64,000 bases of DNA, taken from assembly GCA_963845755.1 (NCBI GenBank), contig CAWJTV010000039.1, forward strand, positions 352,001 through 416,000, written 5' to 3'. Within the stretch, counting starts at the first letter, position 1. Each line of letters opens with the position of its first letter. Shown here one piece after another: positions 22,805-35,818 of this stretch. The translations under genes were made by a program, and so were the position numbers. The notes under the pieces were generated by a model. The model was given only the letters and a program-made list of their open reading frames with translations, did no database searches and was not told the DNA's origin. Origin of the DNA: an uncultured Planctomycetota bacterium (GTDB lineage Bacteria > Planctomycetota > Planctomycetia > Isosphaerales > Isosphaeraceae).

Positions 22805-23342
22805 GCGGGGCGAAGGAATTACCGCGCAGTGAGTTGCGGTGCCGCCATTATGCCAGTCACAATGGCAGAGCTGTGTCTAGGCGACGACAGGTCTTGCCTA
22901 CGGGATGTAGGGCGTGTCATGACACTTGCGGTTGCTGGATCTCCGACATCGACGCTCGCGAGATGCGCCAAAGTGCGAAAAACTCATTAGGGGGGACACG
23001 CGAAGCTGGAAAGGGGGTTGTCGGCTAGAGGGGTAGCCCAGCTAGGGAATGGAAACGGGACGTAGCTAGATTACGCCTCCCACGTCCCCCTCGACATCGG
23101 TTTCCCGATCTTGCGCATGAGGTCTCATGGTTTTTCGAGGCGGTGCCACAATTCCCGCCATTCGACTTAACTGGTGACTCAATAATGGTTTGTGGCAATC
23201 ATTCCGGCGCGCTGTTCGACGAAAAACCTTAATATGCGGCAAAGTTTATGCAACTGGAGTCGCGCTCGGGCGGATCATATGGGTAAACAGGACGCCGCGC
23301 TGAGAACCACTTCCTCTGCATCCGCTCCCGGGGCCTACCTCC

Positions 23343-24950
23343 ATGACTACGACGACCAGGCCGGATCGGGCCGAGATCAACCGCCGTAACGCCCAGAAGA
23401 GCACCGGACCCCGGACACCCGAGGGCAAGAACCGCTCCCGGTTCAACGCCGTCAAGCACGGCATGACCGCCAAGACTCTCGTCTTGCCCGGCGAGGATCC
23501 CGACGCGCTTCAAGAGCGGCTCGACTCCTGGATCGGCAACCTCCAGCCTCAGAACGACGTCGAGCAGTTCCTGGTCGAGCAGGCCGTGCAGTCCTCCTGG
23601 AAATTAGATCGGGCCGATCGCGCCGAGGTCGCCCGGCTCTCCCACATCATCGAAACGCTGCCGGTCCTGGAGGCGAACCGTCAGCAGGAAGAGGCCGCCG
23701 CGCTGGGCCGTCGGCTCTTCAGCGATCGCAATGGATCGGGAAGCATCAAGCTTCAGAGCCAGATCCTCGAAGCCCTGCTCCCGGGCCGCAAGTCCCCGAC
23801 CTCCCGGCCCCTCGACGTCCTGGATCACGCCGGGGCCATCGTCCGCCGGCTCGAATCCACCGGTCCCGGCTGCCAGTGGATGCTCGACCGCTGGATCGAG
23901 CTCCGCGCGATCCTCGACCAGGGCCAGACCTGGCCATCGACCGAAAAGTCCAGGGCGATCCGCCTGCTGGGGAAAGCACCGCTGAACCTGACGGCCGAGG
24001 AGTGGGAGAACCACTGCGAGCGCCGGCGGGCCAACCCGCACCCGGAGATCGACGGGTACCTGGCACGCAAGCTCGACCGTCAGTTGGTCGAGGGACTGGC
24101 GCAGGACGAGGCGGCGACGATCGAGGAACTGCGGAGCGTCGCCGAGCAGGCGATCGCGCGGCTGGAGCCGCTGACCGCCGAGCATCGCCGTTGCGCCGAG
24201 GCCGATGTGGCCCGGCAAGCGGACCTCCTGTCGTTCGACACCAGCACCGAGGGAGAGCGGCTGCGCCGCTACCAGTTCTCGTGCAGCCGGTCGCTGTTCC
24301 GCAGCCTCGACACCCTGAACAAAGTCCGACGATCCGGAGTGGGCGCGAAGCCGTGCTCAAAGGTCAGGGGTCAGTGTTCAGTAAACCCAACGGTCGATGT
24401 CGGGAATCCGCAAAACGAACCGACGGCCCCGACCGTCGATCAGATTCTGCAAAACGAACCGACTTCCGTGTCCGTCGATGTCGGGAATCCGCAAAACGAA
24501 CCGACAACCCCAACGATCGAGTGTTGCCGGCTGCCGGCACTCGGCGCTCTGATCTTCGCGATGATGCTCGTGGTTCTCGGTGTCGCCGTTCGAAGTCATA
24601 GCGATTCGTCAAGCCAGCCCAGGGCGGTGACCGTCGATCACGCGAATCCGCAAAACGAAGCCATCACGGGGCGCCGTCGAGTGGTTTTCCTCGATGCCGG
24701 CGCCGTCGGCGCGTCCTCGGCCCTGCCTCTGCGGCCGGACGGGGAACAGCAACACCCGGCTTTGAGGGATTCCCAATTCCCGATTCCGGACTCCCAATTC
24801 CCGATTCCGGATCCGCGATTTTCGACGTCCGCCGGGTCGGAATCGGCCATGAAGAATCTCCGGATCCAAACATGGCGCGGAAATCGCATTGAGAGAGGAT
24901 GGGACAGAACGGCTCCATTGACGAGTGGATGGACCGGATTCGACGGGTGA
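23343..24950 (+). CDS. Conserved hypothetical protein (NRRNAQKSTGPRTPEGK family) with QNEP repeats
   Basis: N-terminal motif NRRNAQKSTGPRTPEGKNRSRFNAVKHG and four QNE(P/A) repeats at ~24390-24665. The last ~80 aa may be read-through over a heptamer run. Confidence 0.7.
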   Translation: MTTTTRPDRAEINRRNAQKSTGPRTPEGKNRSRFNAVKHGMTAKTLVLPGEDPDALQERLDSWIGNLQPQNDVEQFLVEQAVQSSWKLDRADRAEVARLSHIIETLPVLEANRQQEEAAALGRRLFSDRNGSGSIKLQSQILEALLPGRKSPTSRPLDVLDHAGAIVRRLESTGPGCQWMLDRWIELRAILDQGQTWPSTEKSRAIRLLGKAPLNLTAEEWENHCERRRANPHPEIDGYLARKLDRQLVEGLAQDEAATIEELRSVAEQAIARLEPLTAEHRRCAEADVARQADLLSFDTSTEGERLRRYQFSCSRSLFRSLDTLNKVRRSGVGAKPCSKVRGQCSVNPTVDVGNPQNEPTAPTVDQILQNEPTSVSVDVGNPQNEPTTPTIECCRLPALGALIFAMMLVVLGVAVRSHSDSSSQPRAVTVDHANPQNEAITGRRRVVFLDAGAVGASSALPLRPDGEQQHPALRDSQFPIPDSQFPIPDPRFSTSAGSESAMKNLRIQTWRGNRIERGWDRTAPLTSGWTGFDG

Positions 24951-25052
24951 GTCAAGAACCGGCTACGAGCGGATTCGGGCGGGTCGTCCGGCGTGATCTC
25001 CCCGGCGGCTGAATCCGTGTCATTCCAACGAACACAGCGAGACGCGGTTCCC

Positions 25053-26921
25053 ATGAATGAGATAAGTTCTGCCCGTCGGGCTCGGCGATGCGGGGCGATC
25101 GGGTCTGGGGACGGTTCTGTCCGTTGGCGGGTCTGGGCGCCCAGGGCCGGCCGCGTGAGCCTCGTCCTGAGGAACGCCGACGCGCGGCGAGAGGTCGCGA
25201 TGCACCCGGAAGACGGCGGTTTCTGGCGATACGCCGAGCCGGACGTCCTCCCCGGTCAGCGCTACGCCTACCGCATCGACGACGGTCCCGAACGCCCCGA
25301 TCCCTGTTCGCTGTGGCAGCCCGAGGGCGTCCACGGTCCCTCGGCCGTGGTGTTCCCGGAGCAGTTCGCGTGGACCGATCTCGGGTGGGGCGGAGTGCGC
25401 CGGGAGGACCTGGTGTTCTACGAGCTGCACGTCGGCACCTTCTCGCCCGAGGGGACATTCGAAGGGGTCATCCCGAGGCTACCCGACCTGCGCGAGCTGG
25501 GTGTTACCGCGGTCGAGATCATGCCCGTCGGCCAGTTCCCCGGACGCCGCAACTGGGGCTATGACGGCGTGCTCCCCTACGCCGCGCAGGACGGCTACGG
25601 CGGTCCACAGGGCCTGCAACGGCTCGTGGATGCTTGCCACGCCGAGGGCCTGGCGATCATCCTGGATGTCGTCTACAACCACTTCGGCCCGGAGGGGAAC
25701 TACCTGGGCGAGTTCGGCCCGTATTCCCACGACCGCTACAAGACGCCCTGGGGAGCCGCCGTCAACTACGACGGGCCCGGCTGCGGTGCGGTGCGCGACT
25801 ACGTGCGGGACAACGTCCGGATGTGGCTCGAGGAGTTCCACCTCGACGGCCTGCGGGTCGACGCCATCCACGCCATCTTCGACATGGGCGCGCACCACAT
25901 CCTCCGCGCCATCCGGGAGGTGGCGAACGAGTCCGGCTCGCGTCGGGGCTGGCCGGCGTTCGTGATCGGCGAGAGCGATCTGAACGACCCCCGAGTGCTC
26001 TACCCCTCCGATCGGGGCGGTTATGGACTGGACGCCCAATGGGCGGACGACTTCCATCATGCGGCGCACGCCTTCCTCACTGGGGAGCGGGCCGGCTACT
26101 ACTCCGACTTCGGTGAGGCGGAGCAACTGGCCCGTGTCTTCGAGCGCCCCTTCCTCTACGCCTGGGATTACAGCCCGTTCCGCGGCCGCAAGCACGGTGC
26201 CCCGCCCGAGGGCCTCTCCGGCGACCGCTTCGTGGTCTGCCTCCAGAATCATGACCAGGTGGGCAACCGCGCCTGCGGCGACCGGCTCGATTCACTGCTG
26301 GGGTCCCCGGCCGAGCAGCGGCTGGCCGCCGGATTGCTCCTGTTGTCGCCGTACCTGCCGCTCCTGTTCATGGGCCAGGAATACGGCGAGGAGAACCCGT
26401 TCCCCTTCTTCTGTTCGTTCGCGGATCCGCAGTTGGTCCAGGCCGTGCGCGAAGGGCGAAAGGCGGAGTTCGAGTCCTTCGCCTGGCAGGGTGAAGTCCC
26501 GGATCCCCAGGGCGAGGACACGTTCGCCTCGGCGAAGCTGAGCTGGTCGTGGCCGGAGGGGACGCAACGGTCGGGCCTGCGGCGGCTGTACCGCGACCTG
26601 TTGTCCGCACGCCGCGAATGGCCGGCCCTGCGCGACTTCGAGCGGCGATCCTCTCGCCTATTTCCGGATGCGAAATCGGGTCCCATACTGGAACTGGTCC
26701 GCGGCGACGACTCGACGGGCGCGGCAATCCGGGCGTTCTTCAACCTGGGAGACCGGCCGGTCCCCTTCCCCTGCGGTGCCCCCGACGGGGCGGCGGTCTT
26801 ATTCCAATCGGAAGCCGCGGGCTACGGGGGGGATTGCCGCAAAGCCGGACGGATCGCCGAATTGTCCCCGTTCGCGTATGTTGTTATTGGCCCTCCGTCC
26901 TGGAAGGCATTCCCTGGCTGA
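25053..26921 (+). CDS. treZ: Malto-oligosyltrehalose trehalohydrolase (GH13)
   Basis: [61 protein letters not shown]. Confidence 0.93.
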   Translation: MNEISSARRARRCGAIGSGDGSVRWRVWAPRAGRVSLVLRNADARREVAMHPEDGGFWRYAEPDVLPGQRYAYRIDDGPERPDPCSLWQPEGVHGPSAVVFPEQFAWTDLGWGGVRREDLVFYELHVGTFSPEGTFEGVIPRLPDLRELGVTAVEIMPVGQFPGRRNWGYDGVLPYAAQDGYGGPQGLQRLVDACHAEGLAIILDVVYNHFGPEGNYLGEFGPYSHDRYKTPWGAAVNYDGPGCGAVRDYVRDNVRMWLEEFHLDGLRVDAIHAIFDMGAHHILRAIREVANESGSRRGWPAFVIGESDLNDPRVLYPSDRGGYGLDAQWADDFHHAAHAFLTGERAGYYSDFGEAEQLARVFERPFLYAWDYSPFRGRKHGAPPEGLSGDRFVVCLQNHDQVGNRACGDRLDSLLGSPAEQRLAAGLLLLSPYLPLLFMGQEYGEENPFPFFCSFADPQLVQAVREGRKAEFESFAWQGEVPDPQGEDTFASAKLSWSWPEGTQRSGLRRLYRDLLSARREWPALRDFERRSSRLFPDAKSGPILELVRGDDSTGAAIRAFFNLGDRPVPFPCGAPDGAAVLFQSEAAGYGGDCRKAGRIAELSPFAYVVIGPPSWKAFPG

Positions 26922-26968
26922 GATTCCATTCCATCCTCGACCCCAGCGGCACATCCGGAGAGCACGCA

Positions 26969-29184
26969 ATGAGAGTTTGGCCGGGACACCCTTATCCCCT
27001 CGGCGCGACCTGGGACGGCGCGGGGGTGAACTTCGCCCTGTTCGCCGAGAACGCTACCAAGGTCGAGCTTTGCCTGTTCGACTCCAAGGATGCGACCCAG
27101 GAGTCGCAGCGGATCCCGATCAAGGAGTACACGGACAAGGTCTGGCACATCTACCTGCCCGACGTGCTCCCCGGCCAGCTTTATGGCTACCGCCTCCACG
27201 GGCCGTACGAACCCACCCAGGGGCACCGATTCAATCCCAACAAGGTGGTGCTCGACCCGTACGCCAAGTCGATCGGCCGCGACGTACGGTGGGCGGACGA
27301 GCTCTTCGGCTACAAGCTCAACGACCCGGAGGCCGATCTCTCCTTCGACGACCGCGATAGCGCCCCCTTCGCCCCGCTGGCCGTCGTGATCGAATCGGCC
27401 TTCACCTGGGGCGACGACCGATCGCCCCGGATCCCCTGGCACAAGACGATGATCTACGAGCTGCACGTCAAGGGCTTCACCCAGCTCAATCCCTTCGTGC
27501 CCGAGCACCTGCGCGGCAGCTATGCCGGTCTGGCCTCCGAGTCGGCCATCAAACATCTGACCGACCTCGGGGTCACGGCCGTCGAGTTGCTGCCGGTCCA
27601 CCACCACCTCGACGACCGCCACCTGGTCGAGAAGGGTCTGAGGAATTATTGGGGCTACAACACCCTGGCCTTCTTCGCGCCGGCGTCCAGCTACTGCTGC
27701 GAGAGCATCCTCCAGGACTCCGTGCAGCAGTTCAAGATGATGGTGCGGGCCATGCATAGTGCGGGGCTCGAGGTGATCCTCGACGTCGTCTATAACCACA
27801 CCGCCGAGGGGAACCAGATGGGACCGACCCTCTCGATGCGGGGCGTGGACAACGCCGCCTATTATCGACTGACTCCCGACCCGCGTTACTACATGGACTT
27901 CACGGGGACGGGCAACACGTTGAACATGACGCACCCGTACGTCCTCCAGCTCGTCATGGACAGCCTGCGCTACTGGGTCACCGAGATGCACGTCGACGGC
28001 TTCCGGTTCGACCTGGCCAGCACGCTGGCTCGCGAACTGTTCGATGTGGACCGCCTGGCGCGTTCTTCGACATCATCCACCAGGACCCGCTCCTGTCCCA
28101 GGTGAAGCTGATCGCCGAGCCGTGGGACGTCGGCCCGGGCGGCTACCAGGTGGGCAATTTCCCGGTCCTCTGGACCGAATGGAACGGCAAGTACCGCGAC
28201 TGCGTCCGCCGCTTCTGGAAGGGGGACGGCGGCGCGACCTCCGAGCTGGCCACCCGGCTCTCGGGCAGCAGCGACCTCTATCAGGACGACGGCCGCAAGC
28301 CTTATGCCAGCATCAACTTCATCACCTGTCACGACGGCTTCACCCTCGAGGATCTGGTCGGCTACAACGACAAGCACAACGAGGCCAACGGCGAGGAGAA
28401 TCGCGACGGCGCCAACGACAACAATAGCTGGAACTGCGGCGCCGAGGGGCCGACCGACGACCCCGCCATCATCGAGCTGCGCCAGCGCCAGAAGCGGAAC
28501 CTCATCGCCACCCTGATGCTCTCCGTGGGAGTGCCCATGATGCTCGGCGGTGACGAGCTGAGCCACAGCCAGAACGGGAACAACAACACCTACTGCCAGG
28601 ACAACGAACTGACCTGGCTCAAGTGGGACCTGGACGACCGACAGCATACCTTCCTGGAATTCACGCGAAAGGTGATCTTCCTCTGGAAGACCCAGCCGGT
28701 TCTCCAGCGCCGGAAATTCTTCCTCGGCCGTGCCATTCGCGGCTCGGAGATCAAGGACATCTCCTTCTTCAATCCCTCGGGGCAGGAGATGTCCGACGAG
28801 GACTGGAATGCCGGCTTCGTCAAATGCCTGGGCGTGCGACTGGCCGGCGACCTGATCAACGACGAGAACGAACGTGGCGAGCCGATCGTGGGCGAAACGT
28901 TGCTGCTCTTGCTCAACGGCCACTGGGAGCCGATCTCATTCACCTTGCCAACGACCCGCGAGGGACACATCTGGGACCGGATCCTCGACACGGCCGACCT
29001 CAGCGAGCAGCAGCAGGATTACGAGGGAGGCCAGCATTACGAGATCAAGGACCGTTCCTTGTCGCTCCTGGCCGCCCGCGCGCCCCACGACAAGGGCCTA
29101 CCCCTGACGCCGGTGCAGGTCAAGTCGATCCTGTCCGAGCCGAGGGGCGCCAGCTACAAGCCGCCGGGGGCCTCGCCGATCTAG
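26969..29184 (+). CDS. glgX: Glycogen debranching enzyme GlgX/TreX (frameshift ~28058)
   Basis: [62 protein letters not shown]. Confidence 0.93.
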
Positions 29185-29342
29185 CGTTTTCCTCCGTAGC
29201 ATCTCCTGCGCGGTGCGCGCATTGGGGGTGGTCCCAATCCGAGATTCAAGATTCAAAATGAAACCATTCCGGAATCTTGAATCTCGAATCTCGAATGCTG
29301 AATCTTGAATCCCTTCTTGGTTGCGGTCGAGGGCCGCGTGAG
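29181..29342 (-). repeat. Diverged copy of the ~150-bp heptamer element between glgX and treY
   Basis: CTAG-CGTTTTCCTCCGTAG...GAATCT(C/T)G heptamers...TTGGTTGCGGTCGAGGGCCGCGTGAG; the left CTAG contains the glgX stop codon. Confidence 0.75.
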
Positions 29343-29352
29343 GAAAACGCCC

Positions 29353-32300
29353 ATGGACCCGACTCAGCTTGCCGAGACGCTCTTGACGCAGGTGACCGAC
29401 GCGGCGACATCCCGGCGCCAGTTCCCCGAATCGACCTACCGTCTCCAGTTCCACGCCGGCTTCACCTTCCGGGACGCCCGGGACATCGTGCCGTACCTGA
29501 GGGACCTGGGGATCACCCACGCCTATGCCTCGCCGTACCTGAAGGCCCGGCCCGGGAGCACGCACGGTTACGACATCATCGATCACAGCGTCTTGAACCC
29601 GGAGATCGGCACGCCGGATGACTTCGAGGCCATGGTCGCGGCCTTGCATGCGCACGGACTGGGACAGATCCTCGATACGGTGCCGAACCACATGGGAGTC
29701 GGCACCAACGACAACACCTGGTGGAACGACATCCTCGAGAATGGCGCGGCCTCCCGCTACGGCTCCTACTTCGACATCGCCTGGCGGTCCTCGCCCCGGC
29801 CGGAGCTCCAGGACAAGGTCCTGCTCCCCGTCCTGGGCGAACCCTATGGCGATGTCCTCGAGGCCGGCCAGCTCCGGCTGGCCTTCGCGGAAGGGGCATT
29901 CTCCATCCATTACGCGGAAAGCCGCTTCCCCTTGGCCCCGCGGCTACGCCCGGATACTGGGACATCGACTGGATGAGCTGGAGCGCACCCTGGGCGCCGA
30001 GGACGGGTTGCTGATCGAATACCAGAGTATCCTGACGGCGGTCCGCAACCTCCCCGAGCCCACGGAGACCGACCCCGACAAGGTGACCGAACGTCAGCGC
30101 GAGAAGGAGGTGATCAAGCGACGGCTGGCCACCCTCGCGACCGAGGGCAATCCGATCCACGCGTTCATCGCGGAGAATGTCGCGATCTTCAACGGTCAGC
30201 CGGGCGACCCGCGAAGCTTCGACCTGCTGGATGACCTCCTGGAACACCAATGCTACCGCCTGGCCTACTGGCGAGTCGCGCCCGACGAGATCAACTACCG
30301 TCGGTTCTTCGATATCAACGACCTGGCCGCTCTCAGCATGGAGCGTGAAGACGTCTTCGAGGCCTGCGCACGGGCTGATCCTGCGGTTGCTGGCGGACGG
30401 CCAGTTGGACGGCCTGCGCATCGATCACCCCGACGGGCTCTACGATCCCGCCCAGTATTTTCGACGGCTCCAGGTGCACTCGGTCGCGGCCCGCGCCCGG
30501 CGTGCCTTCGAGGCCGACCCGGGTCCCCACGGCCTGGAGTGGAAGGACGTGGCAGGACCGCTTTACGATCTCATCGCCTCCCGAGAGATCGGGCTGGGGC
30601 AAGGCCCGCTCGGTCCGCCCCTCTATGTCGTCGTCGAGAAGATCCTGGCCCCGGACGAGGCACTGGTCGAGAGCTGGCCCGTCCATGGGACCAGCGGGTA
30701 CGACTTCCTCAACCAGGTCAATGGTCTGTTCGTGGAGGGGACGAACGCCGAGTCGTTCAACCATCTGTATCACGGGTGGGTCCAGGACGATACGCCGTTC
30801 CGCGAGGTGGTCCACCTCAAGAAACGGCTGATCATGCAGGTCTCGCTCTCCAGCGAACTGCACATGCTCACCTATCAGCTCGACCGGCTGGCCCAGAAAT
30901 CTCGGCGCTCGCGGGACTTCACCTTCAACACGCTCCGGCAGGCCCTCCAGGAGCTGATCGAGTCGTTCCCGGTCTATCGGTCCTATATCGCCGACGAGGG
31001 GGCTCACGACGCGGACCGTCGCTACATCCTGACGGCCATCCGCCGGGCCGAGGCCCGCAACCCGCTGATCAACCGGCGGGTGTTCCGCTTCATCCGCGAC
31101 ATGCTGCTCCGGGATTCGCCGGTGTCCTTCGGCGAGGAGGACCGGGCCGAGCAGCAGCGGTTCGCCGGCAAGTTCCAGCAGGTGACGGCGCCGGTGACGG
31201 CGAAGGGGGTCGAGGACACCGCGTTCTATATCTACAACCGCCTGGTGTCGCTCAACGAAGTGGGCGGCGACCCGGCTCGATTCGGCAATTCCTCCGAGGC
31301 GCTGCACGCCTACAACCAGGGCCGGCAGGCCCGATGGCCCTACGCGCTCTCCCCCCTCTCGACGCACGACACCAAGCGCAGCGAGGATGTCCGCGCCCGG
31401 ATCAATGTCCTCTCCGAGATGCCCGGGACCTGGTGGGGCTGCGTCGAACGTTGGAGCCGCCTCAACGAGAAGCACCGGAAAGTCAACGAGGACCAGACGA
31501 TCCCCGACGCCAACGAGGAATACCTGCTCTATCAGACGCTCGTGGGTGCCTGGCCCCTGGAGTCGCATGGGTCCCAAGAGGGCGTGGCACCGCCCGAGCC
31601 GGATCGATCGGAACCGAACGCGGAATTCGTGAAACGCATCCAGGATTACCTACTCAAGGCCCTTCGCGAGGCCAAGGTCCATACGAGCTGGATCAACCCG
31701 ATCTCTGAGTACGACGACGCCATCCTGGAGTTCGTCGATCGCATCCTCGATCCGGAGGCGAATCGCGCCTTCCTCGACGACTTCCGGGCGTTCCAGCAAC
31801 GGGTGAGCCACTACGGTCTATTCAACTCGCTCTCGCAGACGTTGCTGAAGCTCGCCGCGCCGGGCGTGCCCGACACCTATCAGGGGACCGAGCTGTGGGA
31901 CTTCAGCCTGGTGGACCCGGACAACCGCCGCCCCGTGGATTACGATGGGCGCCGGCGGATGCTCCGGGAACTCCAATCCGCGGCGGAGGCCGCCGGCCTG
32001 GACCTCCGCAAGCTGGCCCGAGGACTGGTCGCCGCCAAGGAGGACGGCCGGATCAAACTATTCATCACCTATCGCTCGCTGCAATGCCGCCGCGACCATC
32101 CCGGGCTCTTCACCGCCGGCGATTATATCCCACTCGCTGCGGAAGGATCGAAGGCCGTGCACCTGTTCGCCTTCGCCCGGCGAGCCGGGGATGCCCGCAC
32201 GCTGGTCGCCGTGCCTCGCCTGCCTGTCAGCCTGGTCCCCGACCTGGCACAGCCGCCGCTCGGGCCTGCGGTGTGGGAGGACACCCGCCTGATCCTGACC

Positions 32301-32447
32301 GGCCTCGATCTGGGCGGGCGCTGGCGAAACGTCTTCACCGGCGAGGTGCTCGCCCCGGACGACCGGGACGGTCAATCCTCGTTGGCCGCGGCCGACCTCT
32401 TCGCGAACTTCCCCGTCGCTCTGCTTGTTGCCGAAAGCCAATCTTGA
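29353..32447 (+). CDS. treY: Malto-oligosyltrehalose synthase (frameshifts ~29942, ~30365)
   Basis: STYRLQFH, GSTHGYD, DTVPNHMG, INYRRFFDIN, GLRIDHPDGL, VEKIL, AKGVEDTAFY, STHDTKRSEDVRAR, PGVPDTYQG, SLVDPDNRRPVD. Confidence 0.93.
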
Positions 32448-32490
32448 ACACGCTCCTGAGCCTGAGGGTTTGTCGCGAATGCGCCGTCGA

Positions 32491-33543
32491 TCAGATCGTC
32501 TCCATGATCTTCTTGAGGACGTCTTCCGACGGCCGCAGCGCCTCGTCGGGCAGCAGGGCCAGTGGGGTCTCGGGCACGTTCTGGAGGGTGACGAAGTCCT
32601 TGCGCTGGGCGTTGACGTACATCAGCCCGGTGAGGAACTCGCCACTGCGCTGGCTCTCCTCGAGGAGGCGGAGGGCCGAGACGCGGTCGGTGACGTTGTG
32701 CTCCTCGTGGCAGAGGGCCTTGAGCGTGATCCAGGAGCCGTCGTGGAGCTGGACGCGGGTCGGCTGGCCGGGCTTCTGCTCGACCTCGATCTCGGGGAGG
32801 CGCGGGACGAAGCCCACCTCGTGGATCGGCTCCTCGTGCTCCCGGGCCCAGTTCCAGCCCTTGGTCGATTCGTCGAAGTCATTGAACGTGACGCACGGGC
32901 TGATGATGTCGAGGACCGAGGTCCCCTTGTGCTTCAGCGCCGCCTTCAGGAGGGGGACCATCTGCTTCTTGTCGCCGGCGAACGAGCGGGCCACGAACGT
33001 GGCCCCACCGATGATCGCCTCGGCGCAGATGTCGAACGGCGCGATGTTGTTCTGCTCGCCGGTCGCGCGCCGCAGGTGAGCGTTCAGATCGGCGGTCGCC
33101 GAGAACTGCCCCTTGGTCAGCCCGTAGCAGCCGTTGTCCTCGATGATGTAGACAATCGGCACGTTGCGTCGGCAGATGTGCTTGAACTGCCCCATGCCGA
33201 TATTCGCCGTGTCGCCGTCGCCGCTGATGCCGATGCACAGCAGCTTGGCGTTGGCCATCAGCGCACCGGTCGCCACCGAGGGCATCCGGCCGTGCAGCGC
33301 GTTGAAGCCGTGGCTGGCCTGGAGGAAGTAGGCCGGCGTCTTGCTCGAGCAGCCGATGCCGCTGAGTTTGACCGCCATGTACGGGTTGACGCCGATCGAC
33401 TTGCAGGCGTCGATCAGTTGGTTAGTGATGCTATTGTGACCGCACCCCTTGCAGAGCGTCGAGGGGAGCCCCGAAAAGGCGAGGGTCGGCAGCGTTAGCG
33501 TATGGCCGTTGCTCTGGACGGAGATGGTCGCTTCGGCGGGCAT
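32491..33543 (-). CDS. korB: 2-oxoacid:ferredoxin oxidoreductase beta subunit (substrate not established)
   Basis: STLCKGCGH, SGIGCSSK, HGRMPS, SGDGD, DNGCYGLTKGQFS, SPCVTFN. Confidence 0.88.
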   Translation of the reverse strand: MPAEATISVQSNGHTLTLPTLAFSGLPSTLCKGCGHNSITNQLIDACKSIGVNPYMAVKLSGIGCSSKTPAYFLQASHGFNALHGRMPSVATGALMANAKLLCIGISGDGDTANIGMGQFKHICRRNVPIVYIIEDNGCYGLTKGQFSATADLNAHLRRATGEQNNIAPFDICAEAIIGGATFVARSFAGDKKQMVPLLKAALKHKGTSVLDIISPCVTFNDFDESTKGWNWAREHEEPIHEVGFVPRLPEIEVEQKPGQPTRVQLHDGSWITLKALCHEEHNVTDRVSALRLLEESQRSGEFLTGLMYVNAQRKDFVTLQNVPETPLALLPDEALRPSEDVLKKIMETI

Positions 33544-33663
33544 GGTCTTGGCACCTCGATCGAAATTGGGATCAGGCTTTCCAGCCTGGCGTGGACTCGG
33601 CGTCGGGCTTCAAAGCCCGACCCACACGTGTTCCATTCTTGCCGGATCGTATCGGGAAGCGAG

Positions 33664-35632
33664 TTACTCGGCGGAGGGTTCCTCTTCATGAGGGACCGGA
33701 GGATTGTCGTGCTCGACGTTTCCGGTGGGCCAGCCGGGTCCCGAGGGGTTCTTCTCCCAGCCGAGGATCGGCCGGACGATGTTCTCGGCGGCGATCGGCG
33801 TGCCGTTGTAGTGGGGGATCGGGACCAGCCGGTCGGCCAGTGCGCCGCTCAGGATCGATTTCAGCAGCATGGTGACCTGGGCGTCGCGGTTCTGTTCGAC
33901 GACATAGGTCCTCTGGTGCCGCTCGATGAAGCGGATGACGTCGTCGGATACGGGCAGGGCGCGGACACGGCAGTAGCTCATCGGCACGCCCTGATCGCGG
34001 AGCTGATCGCGGGCCTCGACGATCGCCCAGTGGGTGCCGCCGTAGGCGAGCAGGCCGACCTTCGCACCGAGCACGTCCTCGATGACGGGCTTGGGCAGAG
34101 CCTGGCGGGCGGTCTCGAGCTTCCGCGCCAACCGATCGAGGTTCTTCTTCCAGTCCTCGGGGCGCTCGCTGTATCCCGACTTCTCGTTATGGCCGGTCCC
34201 GCGCGTGAAGTAGGCCGCCAGCGCGGTGCTCGGTGCCGGGGATGGTGCGGTAGCAGACGCCATCGCCATCAACGTCCTTGTAACGCTCGAACTGGCCCAG
34301 GCGCTCCAGATCCTGGGCGTTCAGGACCTTGCCGCGCCGGATCGGCTTGGTGGGATAAGGGAACGGGTCGCTGAGCCAGAGGTTCATGCCCAGGTCGAGG
34401 TCGGTGGCGACGAAGACCGGGGTCTGGAACTCCTGCGCCAGGTCGAGGGACTCGACGACCAGCTCGTAGCATTCCTCGACGGAGCCGGGGATCAGCACGA
34501 TATGGCGGCTGTCGCCGTGGCCCAAGAGGTGGAGCTTGAGGATATCCCCCTGACTGGTCCGGGTGGGCAAGCCGGTGCTAGGCCCCATGCGCTGGACGTT
34601 GACGATCACCACGGGAATCTCGGCGAAGTAGGCCAGGCCGACGAACTCGGACATCAGCGAGATCCCGGGCCCAGCGGTGGCCGTCAGGGCCCGGGTGCCG
34701 GCCCAGCCGGCGCCGATGGCCATGCCGACGGCCGCTAGCTCGTCCTCGGCCTGGACGACGGCGAAGGTCTGCTTGCCATCCGGGCTGACTCGATGCTTCT
34801 TGAGGAACTCCTCGGCGTATTCCGCCAGGCTGCTGGAGGGGGTGATCGGATACCAGGTCAAGACGCTGGCCCCACCGAACAGGGCGCCCAGGGCCGATGC
34901 CTTGTTCCCCTCGATCAGGATCTTCTCCGGAGCATCGGCCATCCGCCGGACCTGGAAGGGGAGATCCGCCGGGAGGTTCGCCTCGGCCCATTCGTAGCCG
35001 GTCCGCACGGCGCGGATATTGATCTCGCCCGCCTTCGCCTTGCGACCCGGGAACTCGCGCCGGATGGCCGTCTCGACCGCCTCCATCTCGAGCTTGCAGG
35101 CCGACGCGAGTACACCCACGTAGACCATGTTGATGACCTTGCGTTGCTTGTCCCCATACCCCTTATCGGTCTTGTCCGGGGGATAGGCCTTCTCCACCAG
35201 CTTCTTGAACGGCACCGGGAAGAACTGGACGTCGTCGCGGAGCTGGGTCGGATCCACGTCGATATCGTCACGATAGATGCAGATCGCGCCCGGCTTGAGC
35301 TGGAGCACGTCGTCCTTGACGGTCGGCTCGTTCATGCAGACGAGAACCTGGGGATCCAGGACGTGCCCGATGTAGCCCTGGGCGCTGGCCCGGATGTGGA
35401 ACCACGTCGGCAATCCCTCGATATTCGAGGGGAACACGTTCTTGCCGCTGCACGGGATCCCCATCGCGTACAAGGTGCGTAGGATGACCAGGTTGGCGGA
35501 CTGGCTTCCCGAACCGTTGACGGTCCCGACGCGGATCGCCAGATCGTTGATGGAGGGAGCAAAGGCGGGCTGCCCGGCACGCGCCGGGGCCTCTTCGACC
35601 ATGGAGAGCGTGGATGGCATGATGTTCCTCAT
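33664..35632 (-). CDS. korA: 2-oxoacid:acceptor oxidoreductase alpha subunit (frameshift ~34225; substrate not established)
   Basis: TVNGSGSQSAN, FPSNIEGLPTW, WYPITPSSS, QAEDELAA, TAGPGISLM, QRMGPSTGLPTRT, VVEQNRDAQ. Confidence 0.88.
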
Positions 35633-35818
35633 ACGGAGGCGACGCGCCCCTGGCCCGGCTCATTCGATCCGGCGACCCGGCGAGCGGGGCCCGCTGCCCA
35701 TCGCGGAGCGGGCTGCCAACGGAGTGGAAGAAGCAGGGGCGAGTCCGTACCTCCCAACGATTCAGTCCAACACATTCGCGACGCGTTGGCAAGGGTGCAA
35801 CGGTCGGCCGGTTGGTAC

